Source: Ylistrum balloti
Taxonomy: Eukaryota
DNA: 64,000 nt
Assembly: GCF_031769215.1 (NCBI RefSeq)
Contig: NW_026782147.1
Coordinates: forward strand, 372,001 to 436,000
Direction: 5' to 3'
Part shown: positions 13,606 to 26,939 of the stretch, one piece after another
Position numbering within the stretch: the stretch's first letter is position 1
How the letters are laid out: every line of letters starts with the position of its first letter
The notes under the pieces: model-generated
Told to the model about the DNA's origin: nothing
Databases searched by the model: none
What the model saw: only the letters and a program-made list of their open reading frames with translations
Translations under genes and position numbers: made by a program

Positions 13606-16600
13606 ATCCAACCTTACGGTAGTCAATTAATATGCAAATAACAACCTTTACGGTAGTCAAAGAATATGCAAGCGTTTGCACTACAACGCATTAGAAGGGA
13701 GCAGCACCATTGTACTTTTCTATAATTAAATACAGCTGTTCATCGAGATATATGCATCATTTCAGCAAGTTTAAGAAATAATTATACACTTTGTATGTAA
13801 GACACATTCCTTATCAAGTAGGAATTTCTAAACAAATATTCTGTGAATGATGAGGCACGTATTGTGTCTCTGCCCCCGAACTCAAATTGAATCAGTTATG
13901 CCTTAGCAGTGAATTGCTTTCTCGTATCAACAAAAGTCTGAGACTAAAGTGCATTTAGAGTACCTCATTCCTACATAAATATACAGCTTATCGATAATTG
14001 TACCAGAAATTGGTAATGTGCAATCCAATTGTACATTCTCACACGACACTATTGAAATCCGAACTTATTTAGAGTTATTCTTTCATCAGTTCACGTAACA
14101 ACATGGCACGCCAATAGATTCAAAAGTGTATTGCGTTTCAATGAAATACACAGTACGGCTTTGACACAGGACGTGTCAAAGAGATCATTGCAAAGTTTCA
14201 AATTACCTCTTTCAGAAAGGATTTACTGTGTTTAATTAAGAATTAATTTGCTTCGATAGTTTCGATCAACAAGAAAATCGAAGTAAAAGAAACCATTAAC
14301 TTGTTTGATTCATCAGGAATTTACGCCCTCACAATAGCTAGAGGCATATAAAGAAAATATTTGCGGATGATGAGTCAAATTGACATTTTATTGTGCTTTC
14401 GCACACTTTACCGATATTGAACACTATATCGACTATAAAACAAATTTCAATATTTGTCCGACCAATATCCGCAAGACCAATTACGTGTTATCGAATCATA
14501 ATGCAGAATATCAAAAGATAGAAATACGCATTTCTTGTGTTTCCTATTTTTTAACAGGTGCTACGTTTAATAATTTCGGCCTACTTTGTCAGTTGCCGTC
14601 AATTCGGAATTATGTCTATTACATGTATATAGTTTTCAAACTGGCAGTTAAAGGAACTTAAGCTGTGTCGTTACACCATTAGAATTAATAACGTTATTAT
14701 CTCCCCTTTCATTACTAATTGCAATAAATTGCAATAAAGCAATCGCCGAAAGAGAGCCAACATGCTCCAAAGCGTTAATGGAAATGTTTTTTCTTGTTTA
14801 TTATTAATGTTATTATTATTATATTATTGTTTATCTTGTGGATTAGAATTACAAAATGAGGTGATTAGAGAAAGCAATTGTCAATTTGATGACTTTAAAA
14901 TGAAAAAAATATATTCTCTTAGATTGTAAGATTGTAGTTAAAACCTACGAAAATTTCAGCAATCGAAAAATAAAAACTTTACATTAACCGGTATTGTTTG
15001 GTAGACAGTAAAATTGTGTATATTATATGTATCATATAATATAAATCTAGATATACTGTAGAGCTAAACAATAAAGTAAATTGCATTATACAGCTATTTC
15101 TCCCATCTCGTCTGTGATGCTAACTGGTATTCGAAATTAAAATTGTAAGCACATGTACACAGCTGAGAAAGCAACCTCGGCATTTATTTGCCAGTTTGGT
15201 TAGGTTCTTCATCCTTGTAATAACTAAGGCCTTCTGAAGATATTTCGGTGGCTGGACCACTCAAACACCAATTTAAAAAGCACTTACTGAAATGTAATGC
15301 TCTTAGTAACCAGGACATAAAAGCAAACAACTCTTCTTAAGACAATTCATATTGACTACGCCACTATTTCCACATTGGAATTTCAGGAACAGTTCTACAT
15401 TTGATTTGAAATGATGATAGAAATCCATAGGTTTGAAGTGTCATGCAAGACGAAGGCATCATCAAAACGTTTTGATTTTATTTTCTGGATTGTATGTAGA
15501 CAATAAAATAAACTGTAGAGACGGGTTTCGCTCCATCACTGAATAAATGCTGATTCTGCTGTAAAGAGATGTATGGATAGTGACAGATAAAAGCAATTAT
15601 TATTACTTGTCTGTTTTTCTGTCCGAGCATTAATAAAGACCATGTCATACGATGACAATACAACAAATTTCATATCATTCTTCAGCTCCGTTATTTCATT
15701 ATTGTGTTGTGAAATTTATATCTTCTACATTTATTCAATCATGCTATAATCAGGAATCATTGTTTTGTTTTTTCTACCGTTAACAATTAACACTAGCTCT
15801 AAGGAGTTTTCATTATTACACTGCAAAGAAAACCATTGTTGTTTTAGACATTGTAGGAAAAGCAAAGAGAGAAAGCCAACATATACTTTGTGGTAATACC
15901 TAACTACCATCGGAAATGCAAGAATCGTTTGATATCTATACTAAAATACTGAAAAGTTAATCGGCAAAAGAATTATTCCTTCGAAAATATATTCTTTTTG
16001 CTTCAAAGTTTTGATATACGAAACGCGAACATTCGTTGATAGGGCACATCTCAAAAACCGGGCAAGTAATTAACCATGACATGTAAATATTTCCTAAGCC
16101 AAAAACTGTCCAGGATTTTGTAAAAACATTTACATCCAGGTTAGCTCGAGATCTCTGAATTACAGACATCGTTTACAGACATGCAACTGTCTTAGTGAGT
16201 GAAACAGTTTATTTCGAACAATTTAAAACAAAACCTTAGTGTATCCTTCTCTCAACAATACTATTGATTTTTTGTTACAAACGAGCATAACGGAATCGTT
16301 TAAAGCATACCAAGTACATTCCTGACTGTAGGTATGATACACATCAAATGAGGGCTAGGGCACAGAAGCCGTCAGGAACAGCAGTGAGATAGCATTCTGT
16401 AGAACGTATTGGAATTCCCACTGATGTGTATAAACAACGAATGGATTCTCTTCAAAACAAATCAATAAGGATTCCCTGCTTTGTGAAAATAAAGTAATCT
16501 GCTTGATCTATACCACGATCGACCTGAACGTAACTTAAGGTCACATATCAATGTACTTTCCCTCTGTAAATATTGGATGAAGTTAGATAATATTTACGTC

Positions 16601-19237
16601 AAGAGGTGGGCTGCACGATAGTTGGGGTAACCACTTTGTCCAAGTGGAAAATATAGCTTTGTACATTTTGTATATGTTCAAACCTGTTTGAAACTCGATA
16701 CTTGCTGCCACCATTTTCACTTGTAGCGATCTAGCCTTTTTCTTTAACGTTATCTAACAGATTTGTGTTCTAAATTTGGATGTAAGATGTCACTTGTTTG
16801 TCCTTTATGTAATCTTCGTGATTGCAGATGTTAGACACTGCTGAGAGATCTTAATCCCCGAGGTTTGTTTTAACCTGCAAGCCACTTTTACTTAATGCGA
16901 ATTATAAAACACGATTCAGTATGTGCACATGTACTTGTCATTATTTTAATCAATAAAAAAGATTGAAAAAATATTAAACTGTTAAGTGCACCTATACTTG
17001 TGGTCTCTTAGATTTCAACAGTTTATATCCTTAGTTTCCTAAGAGGATGAAATAGGTGTATAATACAGTAAACTCCATTATTTGGCGCCACCGTATCTTA
17101 TTCTTAATAAAGGAAGATGGTTGGGGAGCGAACGACATTCAATCTTTTCTTTCGTTCATATTCTGTCCCAGTTTTATCGAATTCAAGTTTTGATTAAGAG
17201 TCTTTTGACATGTCGATATTTTTATTGTTGATTTTGTCCATTTTATGAAGTGGTCTTCAAAAGCTGCATGATTTGAAACCTGTAGCAACAAAACCAATAT
17301 AGAATTCTGTTGCGTCATTAGACCTTCGAGTCCTGATAATCGTCAGCTCCTGAATGCCTGTGATGTAATAATGCAAACAAATATAATTGTTTACACAAAT
17401 TAGGAACACTTCCTGTCGTTCTTAAATTCATTTTTCCATGCAAAAAGTGAATTGAAACGGTACTCATTTTTTATTGAAAACTGGCAACTGGCCTAACATT
17501 GAGCTTACAAGACTCCATATTTATTAATGTTTGATGAACCGGTGATATGTTCCTCAAATATCCCCCATATTTCATAAATGTTTCTTAACAACAAACGAAT
17601 TTGAAACAAATAACAACGAACACACCAAATATTTGATTTCTTCATTCGACTAAACGTGCCCCAATGACTTTTAATATCATATATAATCGTGCAGTTAATT
17701 TTTTTGTTTTTGTTTTTGTTTTTTTGTTGTTTTTCTTTCAGAAAAAACTTATTTTTTGGACGTTTGATTTCATTCAAACATGTAGGTCAATGAATCAACT
17801 TAAACTAATTTTGACAATTTATGGACATCTAAACTCATGGATTAAGTGTAACAACAAAACAAGCGAAAATATATCCCACACGAAGATGAATAATTTTACA
17901 GTATTTAAGCAAGCAAAACAGCAAGTACACAGATTTATTTAGTTCATGTTGGAAGACAAAGACGCTTTTTCATGAGTTACAATTCTAAATGAGATAAAGA
18001 AACGAGTAAAATATTTTTTCCCTTTTCATACTGCAACTGGTCTTAAATCTTACGTGAAATGGAAACGAATTGAAGATTCTGGTTATCACATATTTTAGAT
18101 GGATTTTGCAAGCATTGGTGAAAAAATATTTATCAAACGTATGTCAATTTTTTCACCCAATATATTTAGTAATGTCCAATGCATATGACGCCTGGAAGTT
18201 ATGACGTTTAATAAGATGACACAATGGAAAATATTAGCCAATCACAACTTCTCTAGACGTTATCACATGTAGGGTTATACATTCAAGTAATGGGTGCTAT
18301 GAATATAATGAAAGATAGTTATATGATAAAATTAATCTTTTCCTCAGTCACCTTCTTGGTTCTAAACTTTTGTCCTTAACATCTCTGATGAGCTGTATAA
18401 TGCAGCTCAACTCATGATTTGTCTATTTTATTGAAATCAAAATTGGTATTGAAATGTGATATTTACATGTGTGCTTTTTGTTTTCGGGTTTTGTTTTTGG
18501 TGGTAGACACTGCTGAGGGACTTTCAACCCTCGTGGTTTTGCTGTAATATTCATGCCTCATTTCTATTCATTCGAATCGTGGTACGGTTTAGAATATACA
18601 CATGTATATTACGTTTTTTACGAAATTGTCAGGTACCTAAATATTGTGTTAATTATGAAGGTAATAGTCGTTTAGTTTTTTTTCACGTTTCTTTAAATCA
18701 ATTTCAGTTTTCCGCAGTTGACCCCCAAGGTTTTAAAAAATGACACTGATCATAACCAACGAAACATCTAATGACATATGAAAACGGTGTCTTTAAATGA
18801 TTTGCCCACTCCAGGGCATATGTATAGTGTCATCAAAGTGAAAAATCCTCATATGAACACTGCAGTATATAATACCCTACCCTGTTTAAACATCAGACAG
18901 AGAGAGGCAAGAACGTTGAAACTGTATCATCAAAGGATTGTACAAGGCACACAAGAAAATAACTTTATAAAAATTCATAACTAGATGTACATGTATTAGA
19001 GAGAATAAATAATCTATTTCTTTCAACTAGGACTCGTCCGCGATGCTAAGAAGTGTTGAAACCTATAAGGCGACTGTGTAGAATCAAAACTGATCAAAAG
19101 GAATGTCAAAATCTAAATAGGAAGGTGCGCAAGCCCCATAAAGCTGACAATCTTGACTATACCAATATATTACAATCGGTAACGGTTCTTTAACTTTCTA
19201 CTTTGCGATTGCTGTGAATAAGTGGCGTCTTGATAAA

Positions 19238-19330
19238 ATTTCCGGTTGTCTGTATAATACGAGCTGTTTGCGTGTCTCGGTCATTTCCGTAAAATGTGTG
19301 TGTTGAGTGACGGTTGAGTGGCCAAGTAAT
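19238..19330 (+). promoter_or_regulatory. Possible promoter / first-exon region
   Basis: CpG-enriched patch with ETS-type ATTTCCGG (19238) and ATTTCCGT, followed by a GTAATT donor-like site at 19326 and a strong acceptor at 19460. Confidence 0.25.
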
Positions 19331-19506
19331 TCGTGAACAACGTCTCCATGTGACTTTAGCTTTTACACAAATACAAAAAACAATAAATGAAAACTACAAT
19401 AACCAGCCCTAATTCTCGCCAAAAAATAGCCATGCCATTCACTTTGTGTGTCTTTTGTAGAACCTTTGAACTCGAAGTTTAACTACATGAGATTTTAAAT
19501 AAATCT

Positions 19507-19584
19507 ATGGTTACTTGTCAACAAGCCTGCACATTAAACATGGTCGTCTCTTGTTTTCTTTTACTTATGCTGCGTATGCGCACA
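19507..19584 (+). CDS. Candidate first coding exon part (MVTCQQACTLNMVVSCFLLLMLRMRT), gene unidentified
   Basis: Acceptor tgtgtgtcttttgtag|19461, ATG at 19507, donor aca|GTAAGC after 19584; hydrophobic signal-like peptide. No homology recognised. Confidence 0.25.
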
Positions 19585-21084
19585 GTAAGCTCAAAACAAA
19601 TAGATGAATCTGTCCAAAAGAGTGCTGCATTCAAATTCTCATGGGAGGCAAACGTTCCTTCTAAAGGCGAGAGCTCTTTTCCGAAGTTTTATATAATTTT
19701 GCTATTGTTTGCGTTTAGATAGTTCCTCAACAGAGAGAAACGTAAGGTGAAATATTTGGAATAGTTGTTTTCACAATGATAGAATATAGGTTGACAGAAT
19801 TTTGTAGAAGTTTGGAATTACCTATTTGTATAGTACATTTGGGATTTAAGCGATCCTTTTATTATTCAGACATGAAGGCAGAATTGTGTGCTTTCGTCCG
19901 TTTTTTATCAGCAGACTAGTGAATGTGCAAATACCTTAAAGGCTAGGAAATTATCTGTTATACAAAAAATATCAAACAAATTGCATCAGCTGATATTAAT
20001 TACACTTTTCGGCCTTTATATAAGAGCGCAAGGGTTTTACTGAATGCCAGTCTTTTCATGTTCTATCAGGCAATCTAACAACCGCAATGTGTTACCAAAT
20101 ACGCCACTCAACCATAGCCGAGACATAAGGGTATATTTGGCAGCATATGAGGAGTTAAAACAATTTATCACTCATCAGGAATTGTTTATTTCCATATTCC
20201 TTTATCAATGTTTTAAGGGATTATCTTCCACTTTAATTAGAAAAAAGATATTGCATCGCTCAAATCATATAACGCATTAGCAAAATTGAAATTCGATGTA
20301 TTCAATTTGTAACAAAATATCAATAGATTGGCAGATTTAATGAAATGCTGGTGGTGTGGGAGCAGTTATATTTTCCAAATCCAGGTTAGGGCGAGAGAAG
20401 ATTGATTCAGTTTTCACCAAACAGTTTAAAAAATTATGTATGATGTATTAAACAAACAAGAATATGAGAAAGGTCTTACCTAACCAAACGGTTCCTGATT
20501 ATCGTGACATCAGTTTGCAATTATCTCCTACATAAACAGTTTAACGCCTGGAGTTTTAAAAAGGCAACATCGCTTATTAGTGCTATACTGTAAATCACGG
20601 CACAAGAGTCAAGTCAAGTTCCTATCAAACTATTGTCTGGAAATAACTTTTGGTGGCGTCCATGTTGATTCGGTTTCCGATAAACATATTCGTGAAATCT
20701 AAGGGATTTTCACTAACGAAGAGCAAAGTAATGATGAAAAAATGAAAATAGTTAGATTCTATCTTATATGACCGGGTTATTAAAATATAACATTTATAAT
20801 AGACACAATACAATTTATCTATTAAAATGTTTTTTTTTCCTTATTTACTTTATTCTTTAATATTTGGCTCTTTTTCTTTTATTAATTTTGATAAATTAAA
20901 GAAGGAAACAAGTTAAGAAGGTCCTTCTAGGATTTGTCGAGGGAACTCTAGGCCTCAAATGTTGAAACATAGACGGTAATTTAGTAAAATCGTAATAGGT
21001 CGAAGTATCACAAGATTCGCGTTATTTGTGCGCAATACACATGCCATATATCTAACCCATATATACACTAGATTACATACCCTT

Positions 21085-21440
21085 AGGCTACCTGACCTTA
21101 GACTGTGATATAATGTCCGTCGTCCGTTCAGCAGTCTTCGTCTGTCTTGGGTCAGTAGCATGGTCCTAGTGGTGGGATGAAATAATTTTAGTATGCTTAA
21201 ATAAATTACCTTGACCTATCTTCAAAGTCACTTGGCTATGACATTGTGGTATATGAAAATGAAGGGCAATTCTAATTCTTCGAATGAATGCACTTTCAAA
21301 ATAAAAGAGATGACTTGTGTTTCAACGACATCTTCTGTGCAATCAAAAGACCAAAAACCAAGACATTGAGATAAGTAACATGCAGTGCTGAAGAGCTATG
21401 CAATTAGTACCAGTGAATGACTTTGACCTATCTGTCTTTT
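21085..21440 (+). mobile_element. Degenerate Helentron/HINE-like non-autonomous element
   Basis: taggctacctgacc..tgtccgtcgtccgt head (GTCC microsatellite) and ccttgacct / tgactttgacct body words, similar to 59015-59265. Confidence 0.35.
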
Positions 21441-22760
21441 CACGATCACTTGTGCTGTAATCAACATCTTTTAAAGAAAACGTCCGTGTGTCATGTTATC
21501 TCTCAAGCATATCAATATGTTTTGTTCATATGAATTTCCTTGACGCCTTTTAAAGGTCAAACAGGTCAACTGTATCACTTAAAACAACTCTTCTGTTACC
21601 AAAAGACACACGTTAGTGTAATTTCACAAGGGTATTGATATCAATGTTTTCTAGATAATACTAATGCAAGATTGCACAAGACTCACAATGGAATAGCACC
21701 TTTTACCTATTGTTTACATGATAGTATCACGAACTGTTAAGGATATTGAGAAGAAAAGATTGCAGTAAGTTCGGCTGTAAGGCCTAGGTCAAAACGGAGC
21801 GTTTTTTTCTTACACAAAGTCTGACTAACCATAATGCATCAGCTTTTCTAAACCATACTACCAGTCGCAGATCACCCTTTTTAAAAGGTTGCTGACATTT
21901 CGCTTTTCTGTGTTAGGCTCAATCTATCATAAAAACAAACAAAAAACTTATGTTTTATTATGCGGATTATAGGATTTGCAGAAAATAATGATATCGTGTT
22001 TGGAATTAGAATTTTGTATGCTATCAAAGATCAAAGAAACGTTATTTTGTCGACGGTCGGTCAGGCAGAAGAGGAGTGCACGACTGATGATCGCTTTGTA
22101 ATAGTATTCCTGCTATTAAGTACAGGGTGTCAGAGCGTTGGCAGCTAAGCAATGTCTATATTGATTTAACACTGTGTACGTCCAATATGTTTCAATTAAG
22201 TCAGTAAACATCTTTACAGTGACTGCGCTATTGCATGCTATTGTAAGGGGATGCTTTTTCACAAAAAAACTTACAATACTTTCAGTCAAAATTTTGTTGC
22301 AATCATGCATGCGACATCTACATATTGCAGCGAAAATGTCGACAGACACTATTAACTTTCATGGATGCTCCTACCTAAACATCGCAGCTAGAAGAATCAA
22401 GCGATTTGCTTATGCTGTTGTGATCGTACACCAGATACTGCCAAACGAGGATAGTGTTCACGTTTGATTTAACAACTTTTATGCTTTTTTAAAGTATGTA
22501 AAATTTATCTAAGGTTTATCTCAGGTCAGATAAATACTAATATCGTTATCAATATAGTGTTATTTTGTCTTGTGAGTATTAGGACATTTCAGCGTGATTG
22601 CGCTATTACTATTTTTCTTTTTTTTAATTCCAAATACTCACACATGTAAAAATAAATTTATTAATCTATTTTTTGTTTGTTATAAAACATCCATTATAAG
22701 CTACGTCTCCCTCGAACTATTTGTTTTTTCTGCAATGTCGGCACCATCAAGGAAATTTAC

Positions 22761-22797
22761 CTGCAGACAGACTGCTGCAGTTGTTCTTTCTTCTTGT
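22761..22797 (-). CDS. Candidate internal exon (QEERTTAAVCLQ), unidentified gene
   Basis: Acceptor cctcag, donor CAG|GTAAAT; phase 2 to 0, compatible with 23339-23459. Confidence 0.3.
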
Positions 22798-23338
22798 CTG
22801 AGGTACCGGACTTTTCAGTCACATATTATTACAATACCCTTATTGCAAAAATGTCAGATTTTGTTAAAATGCGTGTCGTCATCATTTATCAGGCAATCAA
22901 TAAAATAAATAACTAAACACATTATTTCAATGATGAATTAAATAAAACTCAATGAAGATTCTACCCAAAGCTGCTGAAGCCTATGAGCTTAGGATTAGTT
23001 TGGCTTGCAACTTCTACTCGTCTAAATACCTATCTTTTTTCCGTGACAAAAACATTTAGTCATTCTAGACTACATTTGAATTTGTCACTACCAAGCATAG
23101 AAGGTCCTAGTGACTAAAAGTCAGTGGTTGTAAACGAGAAAAATGCATACGCTGTGTTGAATGTTTCAGAGTTCGTGCCAGCATATATGTGACACACACA
23201 TACATTGCATTACTGAATAGCCCTAGACCAATTGGAGTTGTCACCTTCAAAATCATTCATTTGCGAGCTAATTCGTTTGCCAGACAGCAATGTAGATAAC
23301 AATAACAGGTCTCTTAATTTAACAAAATTCTATCTTAC

Positions 23339-23459
23339 AGGCTTCTGTTCAACTCTTCTTTCGTATCCGAGTATGACCGACACTTCACAGTGTCATCATG
23401 AATAAACAATATAGCGTCCAATCTCTCCCAGAGTACATTGCGGTACCCCAATAACACCA
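23339..23459 (-). CDS. Candidate internal exon (VVLLGYRNVLWERLDAILFIHDDTVKCRSYSDTKEELNRSL), unidentified gene
   Basis: Acceptor ccttttacag, donor GTAAGA; 121 nt, phase 1 to 2, open frame. Confidence 0.4.
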
Positions 23460-23892
23460 CTGTAAAAGGCTCAAGCCATTTCAAGATTCTTGAAAAACTG
23501 AGTTGAGACCAAAATGTTTCGATATTTCTATTATTATTTTGAAAGTAAATGTTTGTTCATGTGGAAAATGCCTTCATTAATTCATATGGTTAAAACCGTT
23601 ATAGACATACAGCGGAAGATCATATTTGAAAAAAAACAGTCACCAATCTTCGTGTCGACATTTTGTTCTTTCATTTCATCTACCGATGTGTTCTTGAGAT
23701 ACATGATATACTGTAACTTTAGTGATAACTGACATTAATTTGGCTATATATTAGTGCCGCATAACCTCTAAAAATCCTAAATGTTGTTTCTTTTCACGCT
23801 AATCGATGGCGTACAAAACAATCTACAACTGTGTCCGTTGGTGTTGTGAGGGACGCCGCTAGTTTTGCACGATGTCAAACTTTCATACTCAC

Positions 23893-23998
23893 CGCGAGGT
23901 CCGTGAGCCGTAAACAGAGATGTATTGTCACTGTTAATAAACAACAACTGTGGTAGAGATTCATCATCGTCCTTACTCAGCAGTGTAGAAAGACGATG
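23893..23998 (-). CDS. Candidate internal exon (HRLSTLLSKDDDESLPQLLFINSDNTSLFTAHGPR), unidentified gene
   Basis: Acceptor attacag, donor G|GTGAGT; 106 nt, phase 0 to 1. All three plus-strand frames contain stops. Confidence 0.4.
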
Positions 23999-25319
23999 CT
24001 GTAATATTGTGCTCAGCTAGGGCAATCTTTTGTCCATATATAATGTTTGCCTAATTTATTTTCAAATATATACCAAGATATTTTAGTTTTATCGAGTATG
24101 AACAAAAATGCATACCTTTTTCCCCATATCACTATACAACTAAAACCTATTGGCATCAATGCAGAAACAAAACCACCTTTGAATGTACCTTTCATTCGTG
24201 GATATTGTATATGTTGCGTTTACTAAAACCGGAAAAAAATATTCACAGAAGAAAATATGATACGGTTATGAAGTCCATCAATCAATATCTAATATGAAAA
24301 GGATTTTTCATAAAGCGCATGAATATATTGCTAGTTTGACGCTTCGCCAAGAAGTCCAGTGGCTATAATCGAACCAGTTTTGGATCATACATGTATTTTG
24401 CCTGCAAATTGTTTTTATCGCTGTATCAATTTTATCAGAAATGCGTAACGGCTTTCAGAGAAAACTGAAAACGTCATTTGTATTGAATTTGACAATGAAC
24501 AAACATGGACAAAGTAAACTTGGTAATTATGAGGCGACCTGGATAAGTTTTTTTTTAATTTGAATTGTTGGTTCAGGTTTTTTTTTTAATTGATTATATT
24601 ACCTGTTTTTTGTATTATAGGCTTCTAACTTTTCCATGCATTGCTTTCTTCTATTTCTATCCGTAATACAGAAAACAGCACTTAAGTTGATGAGCTTTTT
24701 TATCATTTCACTTCAACGAATTTGAATTCAATAATACGTCATATCTAAATCTTATTCATAAAAACTCTTTATAGTTTTAGAAAGTAACGAGTAAAAGATT
24801 CTTACATGAGTCTGTTCTGTGGACAAGGACATCTTAACCCAAATATATGAGATTCACTGATCAGCACGAGAAAATACGTATGTTTGATTATTTTTCTCAC
24901 CTGATTAAAGAATTACAAATTGTAAGTTAGTCATCGCTATGACAAATTATTGCACCATCATCAATTTTCCATAAAGTGTGCGTCGAAATTGATGACGTTA
25001 TCAACATGCGACATGATGACGCTACCCCATTACGATAATCGTCATATCACGTGGATGTCTTTTCCCTGCCAATAACGGAATGCACCAGTGGAGTATAGGA
25101 GAAAACCCTATCTCTGATTACCTTTTGGATAGCTACACTAACAGTTACTTTAAATTGACGCCATAATAGAAAAGCAACATAAGTGTCAGTAATACCTTTA
25201 TACAAAATAATCTTAAGTGTGTGAAATTGACAAACGTTTCAGCGATTTCACTAAATTGTGAATGTGTTTTAGACTTGTGAGACGGCTGTCGGTGCAGTCG
25301 GCACTTCTTCCCGACTTAC

Positions 25320-25363
25320 TAACACCTGCTGTCCCAATGTAATATACATTTCGAGCTCAACAT
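25320..25363 (-). CDS. Candidate internal exon (VELEMYITLGQQVL), unidentified gene
   Basis: Acceptor aaattttag, donor GTAAGT; 44 nt, phase 1 to 0, compatible with 23893-23998. Confidence 0.3.
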
Positions 25364-26892
25364 CTAAAATTTTATTGAAATAAGTCTGCATACATCGCAA
25401 CTTTGCTCCGTGAAGAAAAATAAAACGATAACTTTCTGACATTTTGACTGATGAATAAGAGCGAAGAGTTGACTGCGATCATACACGTATTGCAGATATC
25501 GACGTCATCACATACGTTAATACAATAGTATAATAGTTAATTAATACAAGAGTTGAAATGAAAACATTTTTGCTTCACACACGAAATACTTTCTAGAATT
25601 CCATGGAGATAGCACACAGATTAAGGCTTAGAATTGCTCTCTTACAATTGCATTGTGATTATCAAAACTAACGTCAGTATTGTGTGATGGTCCGTCATCA
25701 AAATGAATGTTCCACTAGACAGATTACACTGACGGTAATAAATGAATATCTCAGATTAAATTAAATCATCCTCGGTATTTATCGGCAGCACTGTACGTAC
25801 GAAAGAATGTGACTATAAGAGTTGGACGGTTCTATTATGGCATTTATTGTAGTTATAAATTAATAATGGTGTTTGCCTAGCTTAAGAATATCAACTTGTT
25901 AGATATTATACGAAGGACTACTGAGCAATTCTGTATTGGAAACAACAATTATTGAAAATATAATACAAGTCTGCAACAAGCAAAAATAGACACACATATA
26001 TTTTGGTGAAAACTGAGATGGTATGGAAGAAGAAGATATGAATTCAAACACTTGGAAATATATGCAAAAATAAATTGGGCCCATCGACGGAAGACATGCA
26101 ATAACGAAGACTACAGAAAAATAAGTCCCCAGAGCCATTGAAATATATGTTTCATTCAGTATCGCTTAAGTGTGTGTGCATCACATGCACAACAGCCATA
26201 GTTCGCCCTTGTTCATAATACATGCAAGTCTGCTTCTAGTCTCAAAGTTAGGAGACGATGGCATATACAATTGTCAATTACATACTTGGATACTGTCCAA
26301 AAGGCACACAACTAAATTGCACCTTTCAATACAAATCTAAAGTCAGATACAGTAGAGCCAAATAATGAATTTTGATATAGAGCTTCTCAGACGAAAAAAT
26401 GGTGCTGCCACATTTTCGAGATAATGGGCTTACTATTATAAGAATTATCACCGGTGAAAGAGGATAGTTATCGCAATGTTAAGTTAAATCATGGTTTAAA
26501 TAACTAAGAAAGCTGCTGACATCTATAATAGCTGGCCATGCCCTCCATTAACTTCACACGATAAAGAAAGATGACATTGGAATAAAAACCGGCTACAAGA
26601 TTCCGAATCTTTCAATACACCCCAAATCTTCAAGACCCAGATGATGAGGCAAATAGCAAATGGTAAACACTTTGTGGCATATTACTTATATGATGTAATC
26701 AATCCAACATATCATGTAAAACAAAAACCTGGTGAGCAGATTATGTTTAGTATGGTCTGTTTTCTGTAATGTGTTTTACATGGTGTGTTTTGTACTGCCT
26801 GTTTTTAAGGTCTGTTCTGCCTGGTCTGTCTTGTATGATCAGTTTTGTTTTGTCTGTATTGCAATGTATCTGTTTGTTATTTGATGTTATTT

Positions 26893-26939
26893 GAGAGCGA
26901 GAGGGAGGAGAGAGAGAGACAGAGAGAGGGAGAGAGAGA
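26893..26939. repeat. Imperfect (GA)n microsatellite
   Basis: Directly visible. Confidence 0.9.

Noticed and set aside
14159-14181. Perfect 9-bp hairpin CTTTGACAC-AGGAC-GTGTCAAAG
   Set aside because: A few such stems are expected by chance in 64 kb.
20955-21161. Exon-like GC patch and 68-aa ORF
   Set aside because: Coincides with the GTCC-microsatellite head of a HINE-like element.
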